A stretch of DNA of 64,000 nucleotides from Longimicrobiales bacterium (lineage in GTDB: Bacteria > Gemmatimonadota > Gemmatimonadetes > Longimicrobiales > Gaopeijiaceae): positions 3,200,001-3,264,000 of the forward strand of contig OZ241892.1 in NCBI GenBank assembly GCA_965203485.1, written 5' to 3'. This document shows, piece after piece, positions 1 through 10,140 of the stretch. The notes under the pieces are model-generated. The model was not told the DNA's origin, did not search any database, and was given only the letters and a program-made list of their open reading frames with translations. The first letter of the stretch is position 1, and each line of letters starts with the position of its first letter. The translations under genes and the position numbers were made by a program.

Positions 1-174
1 GTTGCGCTTGTACCATTCGGAGGCGACCGGGTCGAGTTCGGACGCGAACACCGGAGTCATCCCTCTGGCGGAGGCAGCCATGTGAAAGCCGCCGATTCCG
101 CAAAACATGTCGGCGAACGTCTTCAGGGGGCGGGTGGTGCGTCGAAGTGGCGAAGTCTCCGGCGCACCCACCAC
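1..174 (-). CDS. DNA (cytosine-5) methyltransferase, N-terminal part (runs off window edge; start uncertain)
   Basis: Not in the ORF track. Minus-strand translation reads PLKTFADMFCGIGGFHMAASARGMTPVFASELDPVASEWYKRN, matching C5-MTase motifs I-III. In-frame GTGs at 171, 174, 249 and 288. Confidence 0.85.
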   Translation of the reverse strand, partial: MVGAPETSPLRRTTRPLKTFADMFCGIGGFHMAASARGMTPVFASELDPVASEWYKRN

Positions 175-405
175 ATCTGCGCGTTCTCGCCGTCCGGCGC
201 CGCCACGGATCGCTGCCGCCGGGCGAGGATGCTTCCGAGCATCGGTCACAGAGATTCGACGGTGCTGGTCGGCGCGTTTGTCCGTCACGCGCTTCCTCGC
301 CGACTGATCCGCAACATGCGTTCAAGTTAGCGCGTTTCGGCGGTCACCGAAACCGGCCCGCAATGGACCAATCGCGACAACTCTGCAGGGCCCAGCGGCC
401 CGGCG

Positions 406-1560
406 CTACCACGCTCGCACCGCGTAGCCCACCGCGAGGCCCAGATAGGTTCCCACGGCGTACCCCAGCAGGCCCACGGCGACGCCGGGCAGCACCAAGT
501 GGCGCCACTCCCGGGAGACCGCGACGGCCAACGCGCTGGACGGCCCGCCCACGGCCGCCTGCGAAGCCACGGCGATGGTCCCCACATCCAAGCGCAGCAA
601 CTTGCCCGCCGCGAAGACGAAGACGCCATGGACGCCCACGACCAGGAGCGTGAAGAAGAGAACGGCGGGCCCGACGGCCGCGATCTCCGAGAACCGGGAC
701 AGTATCCCGATCAGCACGAAGAAGAAGTGGAGGCTCACCGAGCCCAGCTGCATCGCGCCGGGCGCCTGCCGGTACCAGGGCGAGTGGCCGAGGACCAGCG
801 CCAGGGTAGTCAGCCACAGGATCGCGGGCACGCCGGCGAGGCCGCCCAGCCATTCCGACGCCCACACCAAGGCAAGCCCCGCCGCGAAGATGTTGGCCGT
901 GCCCACGGCCGACATCCTTTCGCTCACGAAGTAGGGATGGTGGCCGCGGGCGTCCTGCGGTTCCCGCGCAGGCGCGCGCGCCGCAGGAACCTGAGACTCG
1001 CCCGGCGGCATCGCGGGCGGAAAGAAGCGGCGAAGCCAAACGGGCAACGTCAGCGTGGCCGCCAGCCACAGGCCCGTGGCCAAGTTGTCCGCCGCCACGG
1101 CCCCGGCGAAGAGCGTGCCCGACAAGTCCACCGCCCGTCCGACGGACGCGAAGTTGAGCGAGCCGCCGGAGTAGGTGCCGGTCAAGGCCGCGGCAAGGCG
1201 CCAAGTGTCGTCTCCAAAGCGGCTCTCGTACACAGCGGCCGCCACGAAGGCACCCAGGACCGTGCCGACTACAGCGACGCCGAAGGCGGCGGCCGTCTTG
1301 GCACCCGCCTTCTTCAGGTCGCGCAAGTCCACGGACAGGAGGAGCCATGCAATGGCCAGAGAGGTCGCCACGCCGAGTATTCCGTCGTAGACCTCGGACG
1401 ACGCGGGCACCACTCCGGCATTCGACAAGACGGCGCCGAAGACGATGGCCATGAGCGAAGCGCCCACCTTGCCGAGGAGCGGAAAGCGGCGGTCCAGCCA
1501 GAAGGCGGCCGCCGCGGCGGCGGCGATCACCGCCGAAAGCGCCAGGGGCGACTGGATCAC
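406..1560 (-). CDS. DUF819-family integral membrane protein
   Basis: 384 aa with many TM segments; motifs TYSGGSLNF and ASQAAVGGPSSA. Confidence 0.8.
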   Translation of the reverse strand: MIQSPLALSAVIAAAAAAAFWLDRRFPLLGKVGASLMAIVFGAVLSNAGVVPASSEVYDGILGVATSLAIAWLLLSVDLRDLKKAGAKTAAAFGVAVVGTVLGAFVAAAVYESRFGDDTWRLAAALTGTYSGGSLNFASVGRAVDLSGTLFAGAVAADNLATGLWLAATLTLPVWLRRFFPPAMPPGESQVPAARAPAREPQDARGHHPYFVSERMSAVGTANIFAAGLALVWASEWLGGLAGVPAILWLTTLALVLGHSPWYRQAPGAMQLGSVSLHFFFVLIGILSRFSEIAAVGPAVLFFTLLVVGVHGVFVFAAGKLLRLDVGTIAVASQAAVGGPSSALAVAVSREWRHLVLPGVAVGLLGYAVGTYLGLAVGYAVRAW

Positions 1561-1572
1561 GTGGCTCCTCAG

Positions 1573-2502
1573 TCAGCCGGAACCCGACAGATGGGCCTCG
1601 GCCTCCGCCCGGAGACTCGGAAGCAGCGGCCCATGGCCGTCCGGCGGCGGGCCGTATTCGGAGAGCCCCGAAGCCGTCTCCTCGTCGTAGGCGTCCAGGA
1701 AGGCGCGGTAGTAGGTGGCCGTCTTCGCCGAGTCGCCCAGCAGCGCCGCCGCCTGCGCCGCCGCCGCCAGGCAGAGCAGGTGCGTGGGCCGCGCCGCCAG
1801 TCCCGCCTCGGCCACGGCCAGCGCCGCCGCCCCGTCGCCCGCCGCCGCATGGAGCAGCGACAGGTGAAAGCGGTCGTCCAGCGTCAGCGCGCCGATGCGG
1901 TCGTAGGAGGCGATCGCCATCGGCAGAAACAGTTCGGCCTGCCCTCGGTCGCCGCCCTCCACGGCCCCCATGACCCGGTTGAAGAGGCGGGTCGCGGCCT
2001 CCCTGGGGGTCATCGACGAGAGGTCGACCGCCGAAGTCGGCCCGAGCGCTGCGCCTCCCGCCGGCGAGGACGGGACAGGCCCCGGCGCCCCCGCGTCGCC
2101 GCCTCCCCCCCGTACGATCAGCACGAGCGCCAGGGCGAGGCTCAGAAACACCGCCGCGACCCAGCCGACCGCCCCCGCCAGCCGTCTTCCGTCCTCGGTC
2201 CCGCCGCCGCCAGCCGCGCCCCGTCCGACTCCCGAACTGGACGCCCCGCCTCGCGAGGAGGCCGCCTGGGCGGCGTAGCCGTCGCGCGCCAGCCGACGGC
2301 CCCGGCGCCCCCGCACACCGCGCCGCACCCCCGGCAACGCCGCTCCGCAATGCGTGCAGAACTGGTCCGCCCCGCCCGACTCCGCGCCGCACGCCGGGCA
2401 GGCGGGCCCGCGCATGCCCCCCCCGCAGGCCGGACAGAAATTGGCCTCCGGCGGCGGCTCCGCTCCGCAATGGGGACAGCCCGCCCGCCCGGCCGCGGTC
2501 AC
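1573..2502 (-). CDS. Double zinc-ribbon membrane protein with C-terminal helical domain (start uncertain)
   Basis: Four CxxC pairs (CPHC, CPAC, CPAC, CTHC), then one TM helix. Confidence 0.7.
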   Translation of the reverse strand: MTAAGRAGCPHCGAEPPPEANFCPACGGGMRGPACPACGAESGGADQFCTHCGAALPGVRRGVRGRRGRRLARDGYAAQAASSRGGASSSGVGRGAAGGGGTEDGRRLAGAVGWVAAVFLSLALALVLIVRGGGGDAGAPGPVPSSPAGGAALGPTSAVDLSSMTPREAATRLFNRVMGAVEGGDRGQAELFLPMAIASYDRIGALTLDDRFHLSLLHAAAGDGAAALAVAEAGLAARPTHLLCLAAAAQAAALLGDSAKTATYYRAFLDAYDEETASGLSEYGPPPDGHGPLLPSLRAEAEAHLSGSG

Positions 2503-2617
2503 GCCCGCCGTCGCGTCGCCGGGACGGGCCGCAGGGCCGCAGCGTGGAGGTCGTCCGCCCCCAAGCACCGCGCCCCGCCGAAGCCGCGGCGAGGGCCGGC
2601 GAACCGGCCTTCCGTCT

Positions 2618-4918
2618 TCACCCCACCAGCCTGCCGCCCGTCACCGCGTCGAAGAACAGCGGCCAGGTCACGATGCTCTGCCCCCGGTAGTTGGGCTGAA
2701 AGCCGAACAGGATCGCCTCGCCCCGGCCCACGCTCGCCCGCAACAGCGCGGGGCGGCCCGCCAGCTTCTCCGGCCCGAGCACCCAGCCCGCCACGACCGG
2801 ATCCGCCCCGTAGCGCCCGATCACGCTCACGCGGTCGTCGTCGACCGCGAACGCGCGGCTGCTCCGCCAGTACCAGACAGGCGTCCAGCCGTCGTAGGCC
2901 GCCGTGAGCGCGTCCGCCTCCAAGTCCACCCTGAGCAACGAGCCCGGAACGTAGAAGTCGGCGCTCTCGAGGCCGGCCACCGCGTTCGTCACCCCGAGTC
3001 CGAAGAGCTCCGCCGCGAACTCGGTCGCCTGCTCGACCGCCACCAGCCGCCCGCCCGCTTCGACGAACTCGCGCACGGCCTCGCGGCCCGCGTCGCCCAG
3101 CCCGCCCACGTACTCGTCCGGCAACGAGCCCGGCCGGTGTCCCCGGCCAATCGACGCGCTCGACTGGCTCTGGAAGAGCAGCACGTCGTAGTCCGCGTTC
3201 AGTCCGCCGGCCCTCATGCGGGCGTCGTGAAGCGTGTCGTAGCGCACGCCGTGCGCGTCCAGCAACCAGCGCGTCCATCCCGCCGGCATCGTCTCCTGCC
3301 AGCCCTTGTACACGCCGATTCGGATCCTCTCGGACGCCGCGGCGACGGCCGGATCGTAGCGCACCTCGACGACCTCGACCGGATCGCTCGTGGGCACCGG
3401 CGGCTCCGCCTCCAGCGCGAACGCATCCACTCCCATCAGAAGCGGCAGCCGGTGCGCCGTCACGTCGTAGGGCCGCTTCGGCGGCCCCCCGGGGAACTGC
3501 CGCAGGTCCGGGTACTCCTGCTCGGCGAGCAGGGCCTGGGCGAACGCCGCGTTGGGCTGCTTCATCAGGACGACGTGCGACCCCGCCGGAACCGTCGCGC
3601 CGCCCGCCTCGAACGCCTCCAGCGTCCGGCGCACCTCCACCGCGCCCATCGTCAGGATCCGCAGCACGCTCTCGAGCCCGACGCGGTTCTCCTGCCCGGC
3701 CGGCAGCGCCCAGGCGGCGGGCCAGGCGTCCCATCCCCGCACGGCGCGTTCGCTCACGGCCGCGTAGTTCTCCAGCCAGAACCGCCGGTTGCGGGCCGCG
3801 TTCGCCAGAAGCGCCATCGCGCCCGAGAACTGGTACTCCACGATGTCGGCCAAGCCCCAGTCGCCGCCCTCCCACGGCCACGGGAAGTTCCACGTCCTCT
3901 CGGACGCGTCGTACTCGCGCCCGCCCCGCACCTGCCCGGCCGGAACCGCGACCGACGACGCCAGCCTCGCCGACGCAGTCTCGCTCAGGATGCGCACGCC
4001 GCCGTGGTAGTGCATGTACGCCCGGCCCGGATGAAACCCGTCGTAGATGGCGTTGATCACGACGCCCCGCTTGCCCTGCGAAGTCAGCTCCGCGGCCATG
4101 TAGGCGCCCAGCTGGTTGCCTGCCGCGACCAGTCCGGGATCGACGTTGGGCTCGATCGGGTCGATGTACGGCGGAAAGAAGATCCTCGCCCCGCCGCCGC
4201 CCATCTGGTGGATGTCGTGCACGATCTGGGGACGCCAGGCGTTCTGCGCGGCCACGGTGTGCTGCGTCTCCTTCAGGTAGAAGGTGTACCAGTCCCGGTT
4301 GTTGTCGTGGCCGGTGTAGAAGTGGTACAGCCAGGGCGGCGCGCGGCCGTCGAAGTCCGTTCCGCGGTGCTCGTCGTAGAAGTCGTTGACCCACTGCGTC
4401 CCGTCCGGATTGAGCGACGGAATCTGGAGCACGACGACTTGGTCGAGGATCCGAAGGACGTCCGCTTCGGCGGATGACGCCAAGTGATGCGCCAGCCGCG
4501 CGGCCACCTGCGCGCTGCCGACTTCGGTGGAGTGGATCGCGTGGGTGATCATGGCCACGACGCGGCCGTCCTCGAGCAGCCGATCGAGCTCCTCGGGGGC
4601 GTCGACCGTCCTGGGATCGCCCAGGCGGCGCTGCATCCGCCGCAGCTCCTCCAAGCGCGCGTGGTTGGCCGGACTGGTGATCGTCAGCATCACGAAGGGC
4701 CGGCCCTTGGTCGTCGCCCCCAGCGTGTCCACCGCGACCCGGTCGCTCGCGGCGGCCAAGGCGTCGTAGTAGGAGGACAGGGCGTCCCAGTCGGCGAGGC
4801 GGCCGGGCGTGCCCGGTTCGAAGCCGAAGTGGTCGCTGGGAGACGGGACCTGGGCTTGTCCGCGAATCGGGAGCGCGGCGCAGCAGACGGCCAGCACGGC
4901 GGCGAGCGAGGGACGCAT
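2618..4918 (-). CDS. Secreted M14-family zinc carboxypeptidase
   Basis: Start MRPSLAAV signal peptide; HSTE zinc motif, LNPDG, DNNRD, DIHQMG. Confidence 0.85.
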   Translation of the reverse strand: MRPSLAAVLAVCCAALPIRGQAQVPSPSDHFGFEPGTPGRLADWDALSSYYDALAAASDRVAVDTLGATTKGRPFVMLTITSPANHARLEELRRMQRRLGDPRTVDAPEELDRLLEDGRVVAMITHAIHSTEVGSAQVAARLAHHLASSAEADVLRILDQVVVLQIPSLNPDGTQWVNDFYDEHRGTDFDGRAPPWLYHFYTGHDNNRDWYTFYLKETQHTVAAQNAWRPQIVHDIHQMGGGGARIFFPPYIDPIEPNVDPGLVAAGNQLGAYMAAELTSQGKRGVVINAIYDGFHPGRAYMHYHGGVRILSETASARLASSVAVPAGQVRGGREYDASERTWNFPWPWEGGDWGLADIVEYQFSGAMALLANAARNRRFWLENYAAVSERAVRGWDAWPAAWALPAGQENRVGLESVLRILTMGAVEVRRTLEAFEAGGATVPAGSHVVLMKQPNAAFAQALLAEQEYPDLRQFPGGPPKRPYDVTAHRLPLLMGVDAFALEAEPPVPTSDPVEVVEVRYDPAVAAASERIRIGVYKGWQETMPAGWTRWLLDAHGVRYDTLHDARMRAGGLNADYDVLLFQSQSSASIGRGHRPGSLPDEYVGGLGDAGREAVREFVEAGGRLVAVEQATEFAAELFGLGVTNAVAGLESADFYVPGSLLRVDLEADALTAAYDGWTPVWYWRSSRAFAVDDDRVSVIGRYGADPVVAGWVLGPEKLAGRPALLRASVGRGEAILFGFQPNYRGQSIVTWPLFFDAVTGGRLVG

Positions 4919-4980
4919 GGGGCTTCTCCTGGGGGTGCGGGTTCGGGGAGCGGGAACAGACGGCGGGGCGAGCGGCTGCT

Positions 4981-5745
4981 TCAGAGGCCCGTCGGCGAGT
5001 CGACGAACCACGTCTCGACGGGGAAGCGGTCGCGCAACAGGCCGGCCACCGCCTTGACGCCCCACGTTTCGGTTGCGTAGTGCCCGCCGAGAAGAACGGT
5101 GACGCCGAGCTCGGCCGCTTCGACCGCGTGGTGGTGCGCGGCCTCGCCCGTCACCAGGGCGTCCAGGCCGCAAGCCGCGGCCTCGCCGAGCGCGGAGGCG
5201 CCCGCGCCCGTCACGACGCCCGCGCCGGCGATCGTCCCGGGTCCGCCCGGCAGGACCTGCACCGCGCCGCCGGTCGCGCCGGCGAGGCGGTCGGCCAAGG
5301 CGTCGGCGGACAGCGAAACGGCGCCCTTCCAGCCGACGTTGGCGCCCTCGTAGCGGCCGAACGGCTCCAGCGCCTCGAATCCGAGCCGGCGGGCCAGAAC
5401 GGCGGCGTTGCCCACTTCGGCGTGCGCGTCGAGGGGAAGATGCGCGCTGTAGAGGGCGGTTCCGCTCTCGACCAGCGTCCGGATCCGCTCGTACCGATAG
5501 CCCGTGAGCGGCTGCGGGCCGCCCCAGAACAGGCCGTGGTGCACTACGAGCAGGTCGGCGCCCGCGTCGGCGGCCTCGCGAATCACGGCGGTGCTCGCGT
5601 CCACCGCTGCGGCCACGCGCTCCACGGGCCCCGCCGCTTCGACCTGCAGGCCATTCAGGGCGCCCGGATAGTCGGGCGTGCCTGCCACGTCCAGGTACTC
5701 GTCGAGAAAGGCGGCCACCTCCGCCAGCGGCGCTCCCCGCGACAA
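4981..5745 (-). CDS. Nif3-like dinuclear metal-centre protein
   Basis: NGLQVE, VHHGLFW, HLPLDAH and GHYATE motifs. Confidence 0.9.
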   Translation of the reverse strand: MSRGAPLAEVAAFLDEYLDVAGTPDYPGALNGLQVEAAGPVERVAAAVDASTAVIREAADAGADLLVVHHGLFWGGPQPLTGYRYERIRTLVESGTALYSAHLPLDAHAEVGNAAVLARRLGFEALEPFGRYEGANVGWKGAVSLSADALADRLAGATGGAVQVLPGGPGTIAGAGVVTGAGASALGEAAACGLDALVTGEAAHHHAVEAAELGVTVLLGGHYATETWGVKAVAGLLRDRFPVETWFVDSPTGL

Positions 5746-5750
5746 CGACG

Positions 5751-6236
5751 TCAGCCCACCGCCGCGGTGCGCGCCCGCTTATGCCCCGCGGGCAACCGCG
5801 ATCCGGCCGTCTTGCCCTCGGGGGCCTTGGCGGCCGAGGGACCTCCGCCCCGCATCCCCTCCACCGCCTGCGGCGACCGCGTGGTCTCCCCAATCTTGAT
5901 CGCGCCGTTGATCTTGCCGCCCTCCTCGAGCTGCAGCAGGCCCGCGTAAAGCTCTCCCTCGACGATCCCCGTGGCATGGAACTCGAGCCGCGCCTCGACC
6001 CGCACGACGCCGTTGACGGTCCCGGCGACGACGCCGTCCCGGCTGGTGACGTCGCCGTTCACGCAGGCGCCCTTGCCGACCACCACCGACTTGTCCGACT
6101 GGATCGTTCCGTCGACGACGCCCTCGATGCGGATGGATCCCGTCGACTTGCAGTCTCCCACGACGGTCATGCCCGGTCCGACGATGGATATGACTCTCTC
6201 TTCGTCCTGCTCCTTGCTGAAGCGGCTCCTGGCCAT
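5751..6236 (-). CDS. Bactofilin (polymer-forming cytoskeletal protein)
   Basis: SIVGPGMTVVGD...IRIEGVVDGTI...LEEGGKING beta-helix pattern. Confidence 0.9.
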   Translation of the reverse strand: MARSRFSKEQDEERVISIVGPGMTVVGDCKSTGSIRIEGVVDGTIQSDKSVVVGKGACVNGDVTSRDGVVAGTVNGVVRVEARLEFHATGIVEGELYAGLLQLEEGGKINGAIKIGETTRSPQAVEGMRGGGPSAAKAPEGKTAGSRLPAGHKRARTAAVG

Positions 6237-6266
6237 GTTCTTCGCGCTTTCTCTTGGTTGCGCCCG

Positions 6267-7043
6267 TCAGGGCGGCGTGACCAGCGTCAACGGATCGATC
6301 GGGCGTCCGCTCCGAAGTATCTCGAAGTGAAGATGGGCCGCGGTGGACCGCCCCGTCGAGCCCGACATGGCGATCACTTCGCCCCGGCGCACGCGCGAGC
6401 CCGTCTCGACCACCAGAAGGGAGGCGTGCCCGTACAAGCTGTGCAACCCGTCTCCGTGATCGATGCGGACGAAGAGGCCGTACACCGAGTCCTCCGCGGC
6501 CTCGATCACTTCGCCGGCTCCCGCCGCCCGAATGTACGAGTCGGTCGGAACGGCGATGTCGATCCCCGGGTGCGCGCCGTCGCCGCCGTCCAGCAAGGAC
6601 TGCGTCACGAAGCCCGGCGTCGCAAGGGGCCACGCCGACGGTACCGTGCTCGCGTCTCCTTCGCCGGCCGCCGGGCTCGGAGCTGCCGGCGGCGACACCT
6701 GCCAGAGGCGGACCTCCGGCGGGTCGACGTGGCCGAACAAAATACGAAACTGCTCCACCTGGCGCTCCAGATCGACGAAGCGGGCGGCCAGCTCCTGGAC
6801 CTCGGGCTGGCTGGCCGCCAGCGAGTCCACCTGCCGGGCCAGCACGGAAGCATGGGAGGCCCGGCGGTACAGCGGCCACCAGCTGAAGAGGGTCGCCGCG
6901 AACAGAACCAGACCCAGCGCGAAGGCCGCGACCAGCGTCCGCATCCACGCGTACGACATCTCCAGCGTCCGCGCGCGGCCCTCGCCCCCGGGGACCAGGA
7001 CGATCGACATCCGGCGGCCCCTGCGGTTCCGGCGATCGCTCAT
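6267..7043 (-). CDS. Membrane-anchored M23 metallopeptidase
   Basis: N-terminal TM and coiled coil; HPGID, YGH and HLHFE motifs. Confidence 0.9.
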   Translation of the reverse strand: MSDRRNRRGRRMSIVLVPGGEGRARTLEMSYAWMRTLVAAFALGLVLFAATLFSWWPLYRRASHASVLARQVDSLAASQPEVQELAARFVDLERQVEQFRILFGHVDPPEVRLWQVSPPAAPSPAAGEGDASTVPSAWPLATPGFVTQSLLDGGDGAHPGIDIAVPTDSYIRAAGAGEVIEAAEDSVYGLFVRIDHGDGLHSLYGHASLLVVETGSRVRRGEVIAMSGSTGRSTAAHLHFEILRSGRPIDPLTLVTPP

Positions 7044-7199
7044 CGCGCCTCCAGGCCGGACGGCCCGCGGGCGGCGTCACGGCCGCCCGATCCGCCGCGT
7101 GTCCGCCCGTCGCCACCATGGTGGTCCGGTCTCTCCGCAGCTCCCACGGCGCCCCGTCCAGCAACGCGGCCGCCGTTGCGGGCCGGATCCGAGCGGGCG

Positions 7200-8099
7200 T
7201 CAGCCGACGACATCGCCGGCCGGCCTTCCCGTCAACGCCTCGAAGACGCGCTCGAGGTCCTCGGCCCCGTGGAACCGAATGCGCACGTCGCCCCGGCCTC
7301 GTCCCTTCCAACGGATCGCGACGCGCGTCGCAAGGCGCTCCGCGAGCGCTTCCTCCATGGCGGCGAGCGCCGGGTCCGGACGCTTGCGGGCGGACTTGCC
7401 TGCGCCCCGAGCCTTCGCCGGAGCGGCTCCGCGGACCTGCGCCTCGGTGTCCCGGACCGACCAGCCTTCACTCGCGGCCCGCTTCGCCAGCGCGTGCGCT
7501 TGAGCCGGATCGTCCACCGCCAGCAGGGCGCGCGCGTGGCCCTTGGAGAGCTCGCCGGCCTCCACCATTTCCCGAACGGCCGGCGGAAGGCCCAGCAGGC
7601 GAAGCGTGTTGGCCACGGCCGAACGGCTCTTGCCCACCGCTTCGGCTATCTCTCCCTGCGTCAGGCCGAAGTCGTCCCTGAGCGCGCCGTAGCCGTTCGC
7701 CTCGTCGATCGGGCCCAGGTCCTGCCGCTGGATGTTCTCCACCAGGGCCATGACCAGCAGGGTTCGGTCGTCGACCCGGCGGACGATGGCGGTGATCTCG
7801 GTCCATCCCAGTTGCTTCGCGGCCCGCAGGCGGCGCTCTCCGGCGACGAGCTGGTAGTCCGCTTCGCCGGGCGCGCTTCTGACGACGACCGGCTGGATCA
7901 GGCCGTTCGCTTCGAGCGAGGCGGCGAGCTCCGACAGTTCGTCGGCGCCGAAGTCCGCGCGCGGCTGGTAGGGGTTGCGGCCTATCGCCGAGACGGGGAG
8001 CGACCGCGGGCCGTCTCCCGCGGCGGCGTCCGGGGGATCGCCCATGTACTCGCCGATGAGGGCGCCGATGCCGCGGCCCAGGCGGTCGGGCTTGCTCAT
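7200..8099 (-). CDS. parB: Chromosome partitioning protein ParB
   Basis: LGRG N-terminus, NPYQPR, AGERRLRA, ENIQR and HTH GKSRSAVANTLRLL. Confidence 0.95.
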   Translation of the reverse strand: MSKPDRLGRGIGALIGEYMGDPPDAAAGDGPRSLPVSAIGRNPYQPRADFGADELSELAASLEANGLIQPVVVRSAPGEADYQLVAGERRLRAAKQLGWTEITAIVRRVDDRTLLVMALVENIQRQDLGPIDEANGYGALRDDFGLTQGEIAEAVGKSRSAVANTLRLLGLPPAVREMVEAGELSKGHARALLAVDDPAQAHALAKRAASEGWSVRDTEAQVRGAAPAKARGAGKSARKRPDPALAAMEEALAERLATRVAIRWKGRGRGDVRIRFHGAEDLERVFEALTGRPAGDVVG

Positions 8100-8908
8100 C
8101 GCTTCCCCTCTCCGTTGACGGCGGCGCGCGCTTGGGCGCGACGGGCCTGCAGCTCCCGCGCCAAGGCCACGTACGCTTGCGCACCGGCCGATTCCGGATC
8201 GTAGTCGAGCACGGACTTGCCGAAGGACGGCGCTTCGGCGATGCTCACGTTGCGCGGGATCATGGTCCGAAACACATCGAAGTCCTCCCTTCCCCGGGCA
8301 TGGCCCTTCGCGTCGGCGACGATCTGGCGGGCCAGCCTCAGCCGACTGTCGTGCATCGTCAGCAGCACCCCTTCGATCTCCAAGCCCGGGTTCAGGCGCC
8401 GGCGCACCAGCTCGACCGTGCTCATGAGCTGAGCCACTCCTTCAAGAGCATAGTACTCGCATTGGATGGGGACGATGAGCGAGTCGGCGGCCGCGAAGGC
8501 GTTGAGAGTAAGGAGGCCCAGGGAGGGCGGACAGTCCACTAGCACGAACGCGTAGTCGCCCGTGACGGGGCCGAGCGCCCCTCGCAAGATCGTTTCCCGG
8601 TCGCGCACGCCGACGAGTTCGAGCTCGGCCCCGACCAAGTCGCGGTTCGCGGGAACCACTTCCAAGTTGGCGTCCGGGGCCGCTCGGTGTATCGCGCGAA
8701 AGACGGGCAGGCCGCGAATCAGCACGTCGTAGGTGGATGGCCGGCGGTTCCTGTCGACGATTCCCAAGCCGCTCGACGCGTTCCCCTGCGGATCGTTGTC
8801 CACCAGCAACACGCGCGCGCCCTCCTTGGCGAGAGCGGCACTCAGGTTGACGGCGGTCGTCGTCTTGCCGACCCCGCCCTTCTGGTTGGCGACCGCGATG
8901 ATGCGCAA
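8096..8908 (-). CDS. parA: Chromosome partitioning ATPase ParA/Soj
   Basis: TTG start; NQKGGVGKTT deviant Walker A, DPQGNAS, DCPPSLG, QCEYYALEG. Confidence 0.95.
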   Translation of the reverse strand: MRIIAVANQKGGVGKTTTAVNLSAALAKEGARVLLVDNDPQGNASSGLGIVDRNRRPSTYDVLIRGLPVFRAIHRAAPDANLEVVPANRDLVGAELELVGVRDRETILRGALGPVTGDYAFVLVDCPPSLGLLTLNAFAAADSLIVPIQCEYYALEGVAQLMSTVELVRRRLNPGLEIEGVLLTMHDSRLRLARQIVADAKGHARGREDFDVFRTMIPRNVSIAEAPSFGKSVLDYDPESAGAQAYVALARELQARRAQARAAVNGEGKR

Positions 8909-9456
8909 CGAGCCTGCCCAGCGATTGGAGAATCCCAGATGAAGCCGGCGGCGTCCCCTGCCCCACCGGCGCCAGTGCATCGAAAGGTATTGCGGGTTGG
9001 CCTGCCCCGGCCAACTCGGCGGGCGGCGAGATGCGGCTACGCTCGCGGTCACGGCGGCCGGCGTTGGTTCGTTGGCCGACGCACGTAGTCGTTGGACGCC
9101 CAGCGCGTCCCCCTGCAGCTCGAAGGCCAGTTCTCCGGTTGTGCCTGCGGGCCGCCCGCGTCCCAAGTCGGCGTTCGTGAGGTCTTGGAGCGCCTACGGT
9201 CCAGGTTGGGGGAACCGGGGGGCATGTTGCAACTGGCCGGACGGCGCCGCCTGCGTTTGGCGACTGGCGCCCGGTCGGGCTTCGGACCGGTGCGCGCCGA
9301 TGGGCCGTCTTCAAGGTGCGATCCGCCCGGCCCCAAGTCCGCCCCGTCCGCCGATCGACACGGCGTTGCGATCGCTCGACCCAACGACATGGCCGGCCCA
9401 GCCCCCCCGCTCTCTCCAGTAGTCCCGCCGACACGTCAGTCAAGCCGCGCCGTCGC

Positions 9457-9472
9457 TGTTTCACGTGAAACA
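9457..9472. promoter_or_regulatory. parS centromere site
   Basis: Perfect palindrome TGTTTCACGTGAAACA matching the parS consensus, next to parAB. Confidence 0.95.
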
Positions 9473-9579
9473 GTTCCCTTCTGCGCCCCCAAGCGTCCAG
9501 CGAAGGCGGCTGCTCGTTCTTCGTTCATAAGAATCATGCTGTTGCGCGAGCACGCACGTGCGTGGCGTTGCGGACCTTG

Positions 9580-9898
9580 TCACGTGATCCTTCCTTGGAA
9601 ACCTGCGGCAGGCCCTTCAGGCGCTTGGGTCACTCCGCCAAGCCCCCGTGCGATATCCGGGACGAGCGAATCGTCCGCGGCTTCGGAATCGACGCCGGCG
9701 TCCGGCCCTGCCGACGCAAACGCGCGAAGCTCGTCCGCCGTCTCCGTCCCGAACTTGCCCGCGGCGAAGCGAACGGCGAACTCCGCCCGCCCACAGCTCG
9801 CGTCTACGGGCCTCTCCTTCGAGCCCGCCCAGCTTGAGCCCCTCGTCCCGGCCCTCTTGGCGGGCATACTCGAACTCTTCAGCGATTGGCCAGGACAT
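9580..9898 (-). pseudogene. Frameshifted C-terminal tail of an Rpn/YhgA-like (PD-(D/E)XK) protein
   Basis: MSWPIAEEFEYARQEGRDEGLKLGGLEGEA in one frame continues as GRAEFAVRFAAGKFGTETADELRA in another; resembles Rpn EG-repeat tails. Confidence 0.45.
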
Positions 9899-10080
9899 AT
9901 ATGTGCGCTCCGCTCTCGGATCTCTCGACTCGTTCGACGTCGTTTCGCGCGGCGTCCGGGATTGCGGCAACGGCGGGCAACGCCTCTTCCGCCGCCACGG
10001 CGAAGCCGTCCCGCATGTCGGCATGGCTCGCAGTCACCGCGACGCACGCCCACACCGAAGGCGGAAGGCCGGCGGTTGCC

Positions 10081-10140
10081 GTCGACGGCAGTCGTCGTCT
10101 TTGCCGATGCGCTATGGTTGGTCACCGCGACGGCGCGCAT
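10081..10140 (-). pseudogene. Degenerate 5' fragment of a parA-like gene
   Basis: MRAVAVTNHSASAKTTTAVD versus resident ParA LRIIAVANQKGGVGKTTTAVN; similarity also visible at DNA level. Confidence 0.55.

Noticed and set aside
9170..9420. GC-rich hairpins upstream of parA as a possible ncRNA
   Set aside because: No recognisable family; such stems are expected at this GC content.
9551..9590. CACGTG-centred palindromes (CACGCACGTGCGTG, TCACGTGA) near parS-1
   Set aside because: They lack the TGTTT/AAACA arms of parS and could arise by chance.
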